64,000 bases of DNA from the human T2T-CHM13v2.0 reference genome, Homo sapiens (GCF_009914755.1 NC_060928.1); one strand, 5' to 3'; counted from the stretch's first letter, positions 1-13,269 are shown. Notes: generated by a model not told the origin, from the sequence alone. Program-made: numbers and translations.

Positions 1-287
1 TTGAACATTTAATGCCTCTACTTTGTATGCCTTGCCTCTTATCCCCTTCAATCATAATCTCACTTTAATTGACTCTTCTCTAGCAAATACAAACATTATC
101 TTCCTTACTCCCGGAATTAATAACTTCTCTGATGGCTTATCATTTTTTTGTTCTCCAGTGCACCTTTTCCAATTAAAATGGAAATTAAATGGAACTGAAT
201 ACGACAACCAAAATCATACATGTAGCATATGGTGAATTTGGATTTCATTGAATGCTAAATAGAATTATTTATATGTGAAACTTTTTC

Positions 288-451
288 TTACTTATTGTTT
301 CCCATATATATAGAATTGTGGGAAATATATATATTATATATGCTATATTTATAAATATATATGTGTGTGTGTGTATAATGCCCACAAATATAGTATTGTG
401 GAATATATATACATAATATATAAAAATATTTATATGGGAAACAATAACTAA
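288..451. repeat. TA-rich low-complexity tract flanked by 21-bp inverted repeat
   Basis: 288-308 ttacttattgtttcccatata is the reverse complement of 431-451 with 1 mismatch; the spacer is (TA)/(TG)-rich. Confidence 0.8.
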
Positions 452-1459
452 TATTGATAGACAGTATCTATCTACCTGCCTACTTGTGTGGGCATATAAG
501 TAGGTAGTAGATAGAGAGATACTGGAAGGCTTATTATTTACTAACATTTTTTTTTCTCAACCTTAAATTTTCTATTCCATTTTAGCTGGCAATTTAATTT
601 TTCTCTTGTTTACTTATATTTGTTTTTATGTGATGCAATCTTTCTTGTTTCAATAGAATTCTTAGTTCTACCACTTTTGTGTTTATTTAGCTTCACTTAT
701 GACAACTCAAAGGCTGCTGAAGTATGCTTCATTTGATCTGCCAATGTCCTTCTCACTGCCCCAACAATTCCCCTCCTATGAACAGGATCTTATTGCCTAA
801 TCTTTTGATATTCCTGTCCGCAGGATCAGTGAGGCTTTGACCCCTGAGCCAATCTTGACCAAGGAAAGATGAAGATAAACTACTTTAATATAGGCTTATA
901 TACTTCCAGGCTGAATAGGGTACTAATAGTAGGTCATGCTACTGTATCTGGGAGGTCATTGACATCCCCTGAAGGTCCTCCCCATTTCCCTTACTTTCAC
1001 CTTGGTTAGAGGGCATATGAACCCAGAGTTGACTTTGGGACATTGCATTGCCTCCAGTGGCCAATTTTATAGCCTAGAACTTTAACATTTTCTTTTCTAC
1101 ATTTCAAAATAACTTTTGCTCTAACCCATTCACCTTTATATATCCATTATTACTTTTTACTTATTTTTATTTGAAAAAAGTAATTTATGGGCATTATTAA
1201 TAAAATGAAAATATAGACATGGAAAAAGAATACATTAAAATCACCAGTAGTTCCAGTATATGAAAGAAACATTATTTAACATTTTGGGGGATATTCTCTC
1301 CCTTTTAAAAAAACTTTATGTCCCTAAAATTTGTGGCATACAATTTAAAAAGAATAATAATTTAAAAATTCAGTTTATACAGCATATAATTTTTAGTTAA
1401 TGGCTTTCATCTTTTCATAATATATTATGAATATTATCTTGAATCAAAGAATAATCTCC

Positions 1460-2138
<679 letters not shown>

Positions 2139-2859
2139 TATTACTTAAATGAAAATTTTAATAGTTGCAAAATTTTAAATTATATGGATATAGCATAATA
2201 TTCTTGATAGATTACATTTTTTATACTTGGGCCAAGTCCAAGTCTTTTTTTTTTTAAATATAAATAATGCTGTAATTAACGTTCTTTCTCATATATAACA
2301 TTTTACATTGTTTCTCATTTATTTCCTTTGGATAAAATATTCCTAGAAATAAAATTAATTGGTCAAATTAGTTTTAAGATTCATACTATCAAACACTTTT
2401 CAAACAGATCATACCAATTTATTCTCATAATAGTCATGATCAGCATGTCTTTCTCTTCTACTTATATTTTTAACATTCTCTTTAAATAGCTTTCATTTTG
2501 ATGCAAGAAAAACATTTTCTTATATCAAACTTTTATTTTTAATTATTTTATTTGCTTAATAATGAAGCTCATCATATTTCAACTTTTCTCTCTCTCTCAA
2601 GTGACTGAAGTTACCTCCCTAAAATCTGCTTTTAGGGGAAAGGATTGGTTACTCATAACTGTACTTCCCTTATAACAATCACTCACCTTGCTGGCCCACT
2701 AGGAATCCCTAATCCCGTGCTTCATCGCCTGGGAAATCTTCGCTACTTTGTTCCTGTCAGCCTCTGTTGGATCACTTGACTGGTTCTTCTCTTTATGTCT
2801 TTGCTTAAGCCATTCTCTCAGTCAGTTATGGCTCCCTCTAATTTATTCACCTAATTAGT

Positions 2860-3200
2860 AATGCTACCAATCTTGGAAAAACTAAGCTCAACATCACCTA
2901 CTATGGAAGCCTTCCCTGACTTTCTTATTTTTATTAAGTAATCAATTTCCCTACTCCCCAATGCATATATCTACACAAAGAGGATGCACAATACATAGTA
3001 AATTATATTATCATTATTGTTATCATACTCATTTGGCATGCATCGTAGAACTTCTCTTACTGTAATTTGATCACTATTTTTTTCTCCTGTGTCTCATCCA
3101 TTATTAGACTGACTACCTGGTCCTTGAAGACAAGGCTCATATTTTGTTTAGCATTCACATTAGAGGGCACAACAATAAATTTGTTAAATCAGTTAAATAT
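2860..3200 (+). mobile_element. L2 3' fragment (degenerate)
   Basis: ctcaacatcacc..ggaagccttccctgac...ttagactg..tccttgaagacaagg...caataaatttgttaaat is typical of an L2 3' end. Confidence 0.5.
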
Positions 3201-3290
3201 GAACAGTGTATTAATATGTTAAATCAGTTAATACATGAACAGTGTATTAATTGATTTGTTAAGTCAATTAAGACATAAGCACAGGATTAT
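3182..3290. repeat. ~35-bp tandem repeat, 2 close copies plus 1 degenerate copy
   Basis: tgttaaatcagttaaatatgaacagtgtattaata / tgttaaatcagttaatacatgaacagtgtattaat / tgttaagtcaattaagacataagcacagg. Confidence 0.8.
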
Positions 3291-3469
3291 CTTGATTTAA
3301 AGTCATACTATTAAGATTAACTGTACCCCTGTCTCTATTTTACCATATCTGACCAAATTTGAGGACAAATTCGACACTGAATCCACTGGCTTAGAAAACT
3401 GATTTATGTTAAATATTTTTCCTTTAAGCCAGGGACCACTTTATATTTCCATAATTTTTAAATGAAATT

Positions 3470-4150
3470 TAAATAGACTTTTCAAAAAAATTAGAATCGT
3501 TTTGGATTTATAGGAAAGTTGCAAAGTACAGAAAGTTTTCATATATCATCACCAAATTTCCTCTATGTTTAGTATTTTATATAATGATAGTACATTTGTC
3601 ACAATTAAAGAACTAACATTGGTACATTGCTATTAACTACACATTTTTAGGATTTCACTATTTTTTTCTTAATGCCTTTTGTTTTTTTAAGAATCTCTTC
3701 CAGGACGCCACATTACATTTAGTTGTCATGTTTCCTTCTCTTATCTGAGATTTCTGAGACTTCATTTAATTTTGATGATGTTGACAGTTTTAAAGAGTAC
3801 TGATTGGGTATTCCATAGAATGTCCTCAATTTGGATTTGTGTGATATTTTTCTTATGCTTAGAATGGGTGTCTTAGTCCATTAGTGTTGTTATAGCAAAA
3901 TATCCTAAACTGGGTAGCTTATAAACACAGAAACTCATTTTTCACGGTTCTGGAGGCCACAGAGATTAAGGCTTTGGAAGTTTTGGTGTCTGGTTCACAG
4001 GCAGCTATATTTTTGCTGTGTCCTCACATAGCAGAAGGGACAAGGAGTCTTTCCCTGCTGCGGCACTGGAATCAATAATTTCTCCAAGAATTCCTGGTTT
4101 ATTTTCTTGAAGAATGACATAAGGAACCAAGATTTGGGTACTAGGTTTTC
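3470..4150 (-). mobile_element. L1MC (L1MC4-like) 3' UTR fragment, interrupted by a MaLR fragment
   Basis: gtacatttgtcacaattaaagaactaacattggtacattgctattaact; ttgacagttttaaagagtactg; ctggaatcaataatttctccaagaattcctggtt. Confidence 0.6.
3868..4050 (-). mobile_element. MaLR (MLT1A/MST-type) LTR fragment
   Basis: tgtcttagtcca...aactgggtagcttataaacacagaaa...ggttctggaggc...gctgtgtcctcacatagcagaagggacaagg. Confidence 0.65.
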
Positions 4151-5564
4151 TCTCACATTAAACTGGTTTCCTAGGTTGGACAGCCAGCCACATCATTACC
4201 ACAGCAAAGGTCTTTACACTGCACACATTTCTTACTCCTGCCTATAATCACCTCTGTGCTGTGGCCTAGATGGAATTTAATGGTACTAATGCAGCCAAAA
4301 TCACAATGAGCTATAACCTCTGAGCCTTATGTCTTGGTCTATACTACTGCCCGTGCTGAGCCATGCCTACAAAGTTAGGCTGACTTCCACTTCCTGTCCA
4401 GATTTTGGTGAGTTTCATTTAGTTTATTCTCACTGTGTTTCTCTTCCCTATCAGCTCAAATTGTGATAGAGTCTCAACAGCTTCATCTTAGAGGCCTCTT
4501 CTATAGTAATGGGTAGTAATGTCATTCTTTTGGGGCCTGACTACAAGGTGAAGATTTTTGGAAGCTATACATAAATGTTCCCTCTCCAATTACCATTGCT
4601 AAGAGCATTCCCACTAATTAATTAAATCAAATTTATAGGAATTATATCTACAAAATATCTGTAGACAATAGTGTTTTCTAAAAGCAGGTATACAATATTT
4701 GAAGCAACAAACTGAAATAATAGGTCAATTGGTAGTGCTCTTAAAATTTCTGAATTACTTGTTTGTTATAATTTCACAAGTGCTATGGACAATAGATAAA
4801 ACAAAATTAAATAGCATCTAATACAAGTGAAAGTGTCCAATAGAAATTTAAGATTTATGCAAGCTTTCAATTATTCCCAACATGTATTTCAGAATTTCTC
4901 TGAAGTATGAGTTAAAGGTCATGTCCCAGTATTTTTGTGGATGGCTATCAGAACTAGAAAACGAGATCCAAGTTGCCCATCTTAGTTCAAATAATGAGAA
5001 AGTCAATTATATCCAATCCTTTACCAATCAACTATTTGCCTGGAATTCTCCATACCTCCAGGAGGGATCTACATTTATGGTTGCATTGAAATAATTTCAA
5101 ATCCCCCAAAATTCCTCACTTCCTCCTTCAAAATGTTATAGACTATAATTTTATTTCAAAATTTTATATTTTCTTATCTAAAAGAGGCATATTGATTTTG
5201 CCTAAATCAGTCAACTTCAGTAAAAAGAATGGTGACTATACACATGTTACATATACAGTAGTTTCTCACCAAAGACTATACTCGAGTTAAGTGCTCACTG
5301 CTGAAATTGAATTAAAAGATTCAAAACTGCATGATGTACATCTAGTTCCTTATTGAAAAGAATGAATTTATTTCAAATAATTGTCATAATTAAATTCAAA
5401 GAGAGATGATTTTTATTTATCAGGGTGGGTATCAATAGTTTCCTTTTCCTCCTAAGCAATTGCAATGATGAATTTTTGTTACATTTCAAAAGACATTTTT
5501 CACATAGTGGAATGTCCCGCAGGAAGAATATGCAGAAGGAACAGAAAATATGACTATGAAATGG

Positions 5565-5608
5565 AGGTTTCTACTCTTATTATATAAGGTTTCTACTCTT
5601 ATTATATA
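5565..5608. repeat. Perfect 22-bp tandem duplication
   Basis: aggtttctactcttattatata x2 (5565-5586, 5587-5608). Confidence 0.9.
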
Positions 5609-5750
5609 TATATGTATATATGTGCATATATGTATATGTATATATATGTGTATATATGTATATGTGTGTATATATATATGTGTACATGTATATATACACA
5701 CACACACACACCCTATTAGTTCTGCTGTCTAGAGAACCCTGACTAATACA
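5600..5750 (+). mobile_element. (TA)/(TG)/(CA) microsatellite plus MLT2 LTR 3' terminus
   Basis: Dinucleotide tract followed by cctattagttctg..ctagagaaccctgactaataca, the MLT2 3' end. Confidence 0.7.
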
Positions 5751-5764
5751 AGGGGTTAGTCCCA

Positions 5765-5985
5765 TGAGTTCAGGAGCCAGACTAAAATCCATGATTCCAA
5801 TCCAGGTCCCTCCACCTACCAGCTCTATGACCTTGAGCAAGTTACTTAACCCTTCATCTGGCAAATGCAGCCAATGCAAATGCTAGTAGCTTTCTGGAAT
5901 TGTGGTGGCCTTTACAGGAGCCTACAAGTAAACCACTTAGCATAGTGCCTGATATATGGGGAGTGTTTTATAATTATTAGATGCT
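5765..5985 (+). mobile_element. MIR SINE
   Basis: Core ccagctctatgaccttgagcaagttacttaacc; 3' cacttagcatagtgcctg. Confidence 0.7.
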
Positions 5986-6018
5986 AGTATTTACTCTTAA
6001 GTGAGTTTAGATGAGAAC

Positions 6019-6472
6019 TGTAATAACTTTATGCATCAACTTGACTACGATCCAGGGTGCCCAGATATTTGCTTGAACATTGTTTTGCATGTTTCTGCAA
6101 AGCTATTTTTGTATGACATTAACATTTGAATTGGTAGACTAAGTAAAGCAGATTGCTGACCCTGGTGTAAGTGGGCTTTATCTAATCCATTGGAGACCTA
6201 CATAGAACAAAATGTTGACACTCCTGCCAGAACGAGACGGTTTTTCCTGTCTCACTGCCTTCTCGAGCCTACTGACTCAACCTGCTGAGAACTGGAGACT
6301 TGTCAATCTTTATAATGACATGAGCTCATTCTCTCTCTCTCTCTCCATCTTTCTCTGTGTGTATGTGTATATACACATGAATAGACGGATACACACATGC
6401 ATATGCGTGTGTATATATATATATACACACACACACACATACAGATAGATAGATACTGGCTCTGATTAATAT
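6019..6472 (+). mobile_element. MLT2 (MLT2B/D-like) ERVL LTR with internal microsatellite
   Basis: ttatgcatcaacttgact..gggtgcccagatattt...attaacatttgaattggtagactaagtaaagcagattgc. Confidence 0.75.
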
Positions 6473-6549
6473 AAAGGTAAAATTGAGAAAAAACAAGGTA
6501 AGATCTTAAAAAGCCCAAGTGTTCTAACTTCTAATTTATATGATGCTCT

Positions 6550-6790
6550 CTTCAGTTGTCATTCTTGCACCCTATGTTGACCTGTCAGTGTCACACAGTC
6601 ATTAAAGTGCAGCAGTGTTGGTGTAAATTTATAATTGGCGTAATCCTTATTGCTGACATGTCAATATTTAACTTGCATTAACCTTTCCTTCGAGGCTGAC
6701 AAATTGTGCATCTGCGGCTTGTTCAGTCTAATTTTTCATGTCATTGCCTTGCAAAGCATACAGATTTATAATGTCACCATGTGATGGATG
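6550..6790. promoter_or_regulatory. Candidate homeodomain (MEIS/PBX/HOX) enhancer
   Basis: 8 TGACA/TGTCA pentamers in 6557-6776, TGATGGAT at 6782, TTTATAA x2, TAATCC, TAATTG, in sequence I could not match to a repeat. Function is inferred only. Confidence 0.45.
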
Positions 6791-8509
6791 CAGGTCCCTC
6801 CTTTGCCTTGGAGAAGGGTTTCATCCCACTTAGATTATGCATTGGTTTATTTATTTATTTCCAGTTCCACTTACCACCTATTTCTAAGGGCCTCCAGTGA
6901 ATTTATCTCCCAGAGGCTCATGTTTTGAGGATGAATGGAAGGGTAACCCTGTCAGGAACCATTAACACGCTGCTGCTGAGGAGCCTCCACATTGTTCTGG
7001 CCTGTCTCACACAGAACAGCCTTTGCCTGTTGTCACTAAGAATTTGTGGACAGAAAATGAAGACTGGTGAAGGAAAATTAGGTCAAAATAGTGTGTGGGA
7101 AGCAAAGTGACATTCTTGTCAATTTTGCCTCATCTCTAAAAAAAGAGCTTACAGTTATAATTTCCTTCGACATGGACAGCTGAGACTTGAACTCCATTAT
7201 TTTGTTGTTTTTGTTGTTTTAATTTATAATTGCTCCCTTCCCCTCTTCCCCACAAACTTTGGATACCAAAAGTGAGCAAGTGTCCAAAAGTTCTCAGTTG
7301 AAACTTAGACCAGAATGCTAGGGATCTGGGGAGAAAGTAGGCTTAGCAGGGCTGAGTGTCCCATAGGTGTTCACAGTTGGTTTCCAAAATGGGTTTATGT
7401 AAAGAATCAAGGGTGATCTGCTGGCAATTACCTCCAAGTTTCACAACACTGTACAAATCCTCATGTCAAGCCACTTTCATCACACTTCAAAAACTGCTTT
7501 AGTATAGTGAAGTTATCCAAACTCCCTGCAGCAAATCCTATCCATTTATTTAAAGTTATCTAAGATAAAGAATGAGAACCACCCAGTCCACATATTCAGG
7601 GGAGGGATGGGTATTTTAATTTACATTTATAGAAGGTTTAGGGAAAATCCGGAGGCACTGAGACTGAAATTTTCATCTCACTTTGGCAGAGTATTATTTC
7701 CACATTGCTGTTAAAATGTAGCAATCATTGGTTTATTTCATGGATCCTAGATTAAACTCTAGCATATTTAAAAGTCTTAAATGATTTAAGGGAATTAAAA
7801 ATGGTTAATGTGTGTGATTCAAGAACACTGTATCTCATTCATCACTTATATTTGGCTGTCCTGGTCATAAGAACACCAAAGCAAAACTGATGTTATATTT
7901 CAATTACTGCTTAAAATGTTTTTTTTTCTGCTTCTCAATTTTCAACTAATGTATATTATATAAACAAAGCTAACAAATTCCAAGACACAAAATAAAAAGT
8001 AGTCTCTCATCAATTCATGCCAATGATAGATTATATTGATAATCATTTTTACAGTCAGGTTTTAGCTTATCATAATTAATTTTGATACTTTTTTTGACCA
8101 GAGATAAAATTAGGGCCAGATTGTAAGTTTTTCCCCAGTCATAAAATCTGTTCTTTAAACACTAATCCTAGTTTCTATAGTAGCTCAATATATACAATAA
8201 GTAGAAACAAACATTTTAGCTGAAACAGAGACTGGGTTTTAAAACCCAGATCACAAATAACCCCTGTATCTAGCCAATTTCCTCCAGAGAGCCTCTGTAT
8301 TGTGCAGTTTGAAAACTTGAGATTCCATTCAACTTTTGGTTTACAAGTGAGAAAACTACAGCTGGAGAGTATCAGGAAAATGACCCAATATCATACTTTA
8401 ACCAGCAGGGCTAGAACTTGCGATCAAATCTCCTAATTCTTATGCTAAGCAATTTGGGAGTGCTATATGCTTTAATTCTCCTACTAATTATATGTTTTGG
8501 GTTCAATTA

Positions 8510-9033
8510 TAGTCATTGTAATTGGAGAATTGGTTCCAGGAACCCTCACGGATACCAAAATCTGCAGATGCTCAAGTCCCTTATATAAAATGATGTAGTA
8601 TTTGCATATAACCTATGCACAGCTGCCACATACTTTAAATCATGCCTAAAATACTAATAATACCTAATACAATGTAAATGTTACACAATAGTTGTTATAC
8701 TCTACTATTTAGAGAATAATGGCCAGAAAAAATATTGTACATGTTCAGTACAGAAACAATTTCTAACCTATTTTTTTAAATTTAAAAACCAAGTTTAAAT
8801 TTTAAATTAAGAGGGTACATAGGCTTGTTTGTTACACGGGTATTATATGTGTAACACTGGGGATTGGGCATCTAGTGTAAACATCACCCAAATATTGAAC
8901 ATTACACACAATAGGTAATTTTTATCCATGTCTCCTCTCCCACCATCCTTCCTTGTGAAGTCACCGCAAAAATTTGATCTGTGTTTGACTAAACCCACAG
9001 AGGGGGAACCCACAAACATGAGGGTCAACTGTA
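8510..9033 (+). mobile_element. MER2 (TcMar-Tigger) DNA transposon, interrupted by an L1 fragment
   Basis: ttggttccaggaaccctcacggataccaaaatctgcagatgctcaagtcccttatataaaatg...; terminal gagggtcaactgta. Confidence 0.8.
8770..8965 (-). mobile_element. Old primate L1 (L1PB-like) 3' end fragment
   Basis: T-rich start, gagggtacatagg..tttgttacacgggtat...catcacccaaatattgaacatt..caataggtaattttt. Confidence 0.65.
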
Positions 9034-9039
9034 TAATTA

Positions 9040-9175
9040 ACATTTCACAGATGATGAAATTAAAGGACAGAAATATTAAACAATTTATGCACGGTCACTC
9101 AATGTGTAAATTGTGAGTGTTAGGATTCAAGCTCAAGTTCAACCCCAGAGTCTGTTCTCTTAACTCAACGCTATT
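9040..9175 (-). mobile_element. MIR fragment
   Basis: catttcacagatgatgaaatt...ggtcac...ggattcaagctcaag. Confidence 0.55.
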
Positions 9176-9699
9176 TTGACTCTTATAATATTCTACATGT
9201 TTTAATGTCTCGTGCATTTCTACCTCATTCTTTATACCTCTTTTCTTGTTTTTTGCTCAACTTGGTCTGTGAATTTCTTGCTTGGGGATGGGAATTTCAA
9301 TCGGCTTGAGCTGATTTAGGCATATAGGGTATAGGGCACTGCACTATACTGAATCATCATCAAAAACAACATATTGTTTTTCACACACACTCATACACAC
9401 ACAGAGCCAATGACACTGACCCTATCCAGCACATTAGCTATTCTTCCATTTAATGGGAAGTCCCTTTCTTACAATTTTCTGTTTTTGTTTTTCCAAAACT
9501 CTTAGAAAACCTGAAAGCAATGTCACCTTCTCAGTTCTCTAGTTTTCCCATGTGCATACAGAATCAATTATGCATTAGCAGGACAAAATGCATTTTCAAA
9601 TTTAAGTCAATGGCCCCATGACTCTAAGTATGTCTCTTCCCTGCTAACATGGATATAAGGACTGCACCCTTCAGAATTTTATATAGCTTATTTTGGAAC

Positions 9700-9880
9700 A
9701 AATGTTTAAGAGTATGGACCCTGAACCTGAGTTTAAATACCAGCTACACTGCTGACTAGTTGTGTCTATTGTGAATAAATTATGTCACCTTTTTTGGGCT
9801 TCACTTTTCTCATTGGTAAATAGGGATAATAATAATGCCTAAGTCACAAAGTCATTTTGAGAAATTAATGAAGAAATAAA
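9700..9880 (+). mobile_element. MIR SINE
   Basis: cctgagtttaaataccagct...gactagttgtgt...cttcacttttctcattggtaaatagggataataataatgcct. Confidence 0.6.
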
Positions 9881-10010
9881 GTAAACTAATGTGTTGTATA
9901 AGTGATTCCAGTATTTGAACTCAGACATCAAAGGTCCTTTTAAAAAATCAAGAGGTGTTTTGGTCGTGAAAGATACTTTACTACTGAAAGTAATGATTTT
10001 TGTGTACTTC

Positions 10011-10192
10011 ACAGGTCATAAAAGTCCTTTTCTGTAAAGGGCCAGAGAGTAACTATTTTAGGTCTTTCAGGGCATATTTAATTCTACTGTTGTAGCATGA
10101 ACACAGCCACAGGCAATAAGTAAATAACATGGCTGTGTTCTAATAAAACTTTATTTACAAAAACAAGTGGGTCATGGTTTTGCCAACCACCA
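10011..10192 (-). mobile_element. MER58A (hAT-Charlie)
   Basis: ttttctgtaaagggccagagagtaactattttagg...catggctgtgttctaataaaactttatttacaaaaacaag...tttgccaacc. Confidence 0.75.
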
Positions 10193-10839
10193 GTAATTAA
10201 ATCTAGTAGCTGTTCTGCCAGGGACAAGCATCATGTGTTTCACTTCATTTAACTTTTAAAGCAATGTAATGAAGAAGGTGTTCTTATCATCTACATATTT
10301 ATATTTAAGAAAAAAAACTCACCTTCAGAAAAACGAAGTGATTTTAGCTGAAGTTTTAGTATGTTACTACAAAGCCCAAGCTTAAATTATTCAGTTATCT
10401 CTTCAGATGGTAAAATATTGTAACTTGGTAACTTATATCGAGTTAACTGATAACTTTAGACCAAGGAAACAGAGCTAGCCGAAGGAAGGAGGCAATGAAG
10501 CGGAGCATTTATGTGGAGAATGTCCTGTAGGCTGGAATTCCATGTGGTTAGTGTTATTATTGCCATTATTATTTGTGCAGTTGTCTATGTATTTTACTAA
10601 AATGAACTGATTAGCCTTACAATCAGTAAGCATAAAATCTTGATTAAAAATGAGCTTTTTCCAAATTTTTCTCCATCTATAAAATAGGCCAATATAAAGT
10701 AGATAAGTAGACTTCTTTGCGTCAGATGTAGGTCTAAGAGCTGAGAATAAAGTAGATTCTGAATAAGGTAGAATAGTTTGCTGTACTAAAAATGTTTCTA
10801 TTCTAATGAAAAGAAAAGGGCAACAAAATTTACAAAAAA

Positions 10840-12500
10840 TAATGTATACAATGTCTTGTGTTACATCCTATGAAGGAAAATAAGGCAGAGTCAGAGTGAT
10901 GAGAGGAGGGGGAAATGACTGCTATTTCACATAGAATGATCAAGGAATTCCTATCTGAAAGGTAATACTATGGGGAAATCTGGAAGAAATGAGGTAGGAA
11001 AATCATACAGATATCTTCGTTAAGGGTATTCTAGGCAGAAGAAACAGCAAGGACATTCTGCATTGGAGGTGTCGTAGGAGAGTTCTCAGAAAAGCAAGGC
11101 AGCCAAATAATTCAGAACAGTGAACTGAGAGAGGATCCTAAGAGAGTCAGAGACAGCAGAATCAGGGCAGAGCATTTGAGTATGCTGTCAGCAACAAGTG
11201 ATATGTTCTGATTTATGTTAAAGAGAAGGAAAGAAAGCATAGTATCTGTAATATGTTCTTTAAAAGATACTTCCTTGAAAGAAAGAGAAAAAGAAAAAAG
11301 AAAGAAAGAAAGAAGGAAGGAAGGAAGGAAGGAAGGAAGGAAGGAAGGAAGGAAGGAAGAAAGAAAAGAAAGAAAAAGAGAAAGAAAGAAAAGAAAGAAA
11401 AGAGAGAAAGAAAATAAAGGAAAGAAAGAAAGAAAAAGAAAGAAAGAGAAAGTGGGAGAGAGGAAAGTGGGAAAAAAAGAAGGAAGGAAGGCAGGAAGGA
11501 AAGCCGGCCAAGGAAAAAAGGGAGAGAATAAATGAAAGAAACATAATGTTGTGTAGAGAATAGATATGGTAGTGGGGACAAAGTAGAAGCAGGATAAAGA
11601 GAAATAATTAGAAGAATGTAGGTTTTGTTTATGGAAGGATCAGTGAAGAAGTGAGCATGAGTAGGGGAATTTTAATTTTGAGATACATGTTAAATATCCA
11701 AATAGGCATATAGAATATGCAGTTGGCCATGAATCTGGAACTGAGGATTCAGGGAGATGTGAGTATCTTTGCCATTTATAGCCATTAAATATGATGACAT
11801 TACCAAAATGTGTAAATGCTAATGCAACAGGAAGTCCAAAGATTAAGCCTGGGGTGGAGCGTTGCTCATATTTGGTGATCAGTCTCCAGTTCCTTGGAGA
11901 AGAAACCAGCTGAGGAACTCTGAAAAATACAGGATTCAAATTATGACAGTGTAATTCCCTAAAAACCAAAGATATAAAAAATTTCAAAGAGGATAGCGTA
12001 TTTAAATATTCACAATATCACTAAGACAAGTGAAATTGAAACTAAGAAATGACTACTAATTTGAGAAAATGGAGGTCAATGATAATTGGCAAAAGCAATT
12101 ATTGTGGATATGGCAGGAGGAAAGCCTCCCTGGGTTTAAGAAAACATGAGAGAGGAAGCCAGGGCAGGAAATAAAAACTACAGTTTTTCTGTGAGGCATG
12201 CAAATATGAACATAAGGTAGTTGCTTTAAGGAGACTGGGAGTCAGGGAAGTATTTTTAAAAAGGAGATATTACAGATGCTATATGTAGACATGAGGGAGA
12301 AAGTAGATAGGGAGATGGTATGATGTAGGAAAGGGAGGGGTCCTTTCAGGAGTGGTTCCTTGAGTAGAGAAACTGGGAAGAAATGCAATGCAAGGATGAA
12401 TGAGTTGTCCTTAGAAGCACAGTGAGTTGGTCCATTGTAATAAGAAGGAAGTCAGAGGAATGGGCCAGGCTGGTAGGTGTAATCATGGAAGTCTGTGCAA
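10840..12500 (-). mobile_element. L2 LINE, degenerate, several fragments
   Basis: Purine-rich L2 antisense signatures: attctaggcagaagaaacagcaag; tttgagatacatgttaaatatccaaat..gcagttgg; aatggaggtcaatgataattggcaaaagcaatt. Confidence 0.6.
11215..11540. repeat. GA-rich polypurine tract including (GGAA)11 and GAAA-type repeats
   Basis: 11315-11358 is 11 contiguous GGAA; ~11277-11530 is almost entirely purine. Confidence 0.95.
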
Positions 12501-13269
12501 GTTCTCTTTACATTCCTTCTGTGTTCTCTATACGTTTAGTAGGATCAGCAATCGAAACTCAGAAGGAGACAGCATGTTTTGGAAGGTTAAGGAGATTGCA
12601 GATTTCAAATAATCTTGATACATAGGAAAATGAAAGACATGAAAATTAATTCATACCAAAGGGTGATGTTCCTCATGTAATTATGGTATAGAATTAGATA
12701 TATTAGTATATATATGTATATATATTTTCCAATCACATGCAGCTGTTCCTATGAAGGTATTGACTGGGAGGGGAAGTTGAATTTTACCTAAGGTTGGGGA
12801 CTCACTAGGCTGGTGAAGGAAAGAGGAGAATGTGGTTAAAGATTTATGCAAGTGATCGCTTTTAATGTTGAATTATGAGGCCAGGTAAGGTAGCAGTAAA
12901 GGAGTTAAAGGATATAGAGGATCATGAGAATATAGTTTGGGAATCTCGAATGGGTGTATACATTTGCGGGAAAAAATGACGTAGAGGGAGAAAAATGACA
13001 ATATAAGAGGCAATAGTTAAAGAATGAAATCATTATAAAATCAAGGATGGAAAGGGGAAATTATTGCAATAAAATAATCTAGATGACGACTGTGATAATG
13101 GGTAGCCATTACCTTTATACTTCCGAATTCATTTTAAATTTCACAATCTCAATAGAATTTCAGACCTTACAAAACTGGTTGGGCAGCCTTTTCTTTTGAC
13201 AGAGTGTTTTCTAAGAATTCTTCAAATTTCAGCATAAAAATGATTACATTTCCTGTTAATCAAGAGCTT

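Noticed and set aside
5486-6518. Y/I/H/T/C/V-rich ORFs (also at 29493-29920 and 48986-49228)
   Set aside because: Translations of (TA)/(CA)/(TG) microsatellites
11213-11581. ORFs of 94-122 aa (K/E/R-rich or F/L/S-rich)
   Set aside because: Translations of the GA-rich microsatellite; open only because the repeat lacks stop codons
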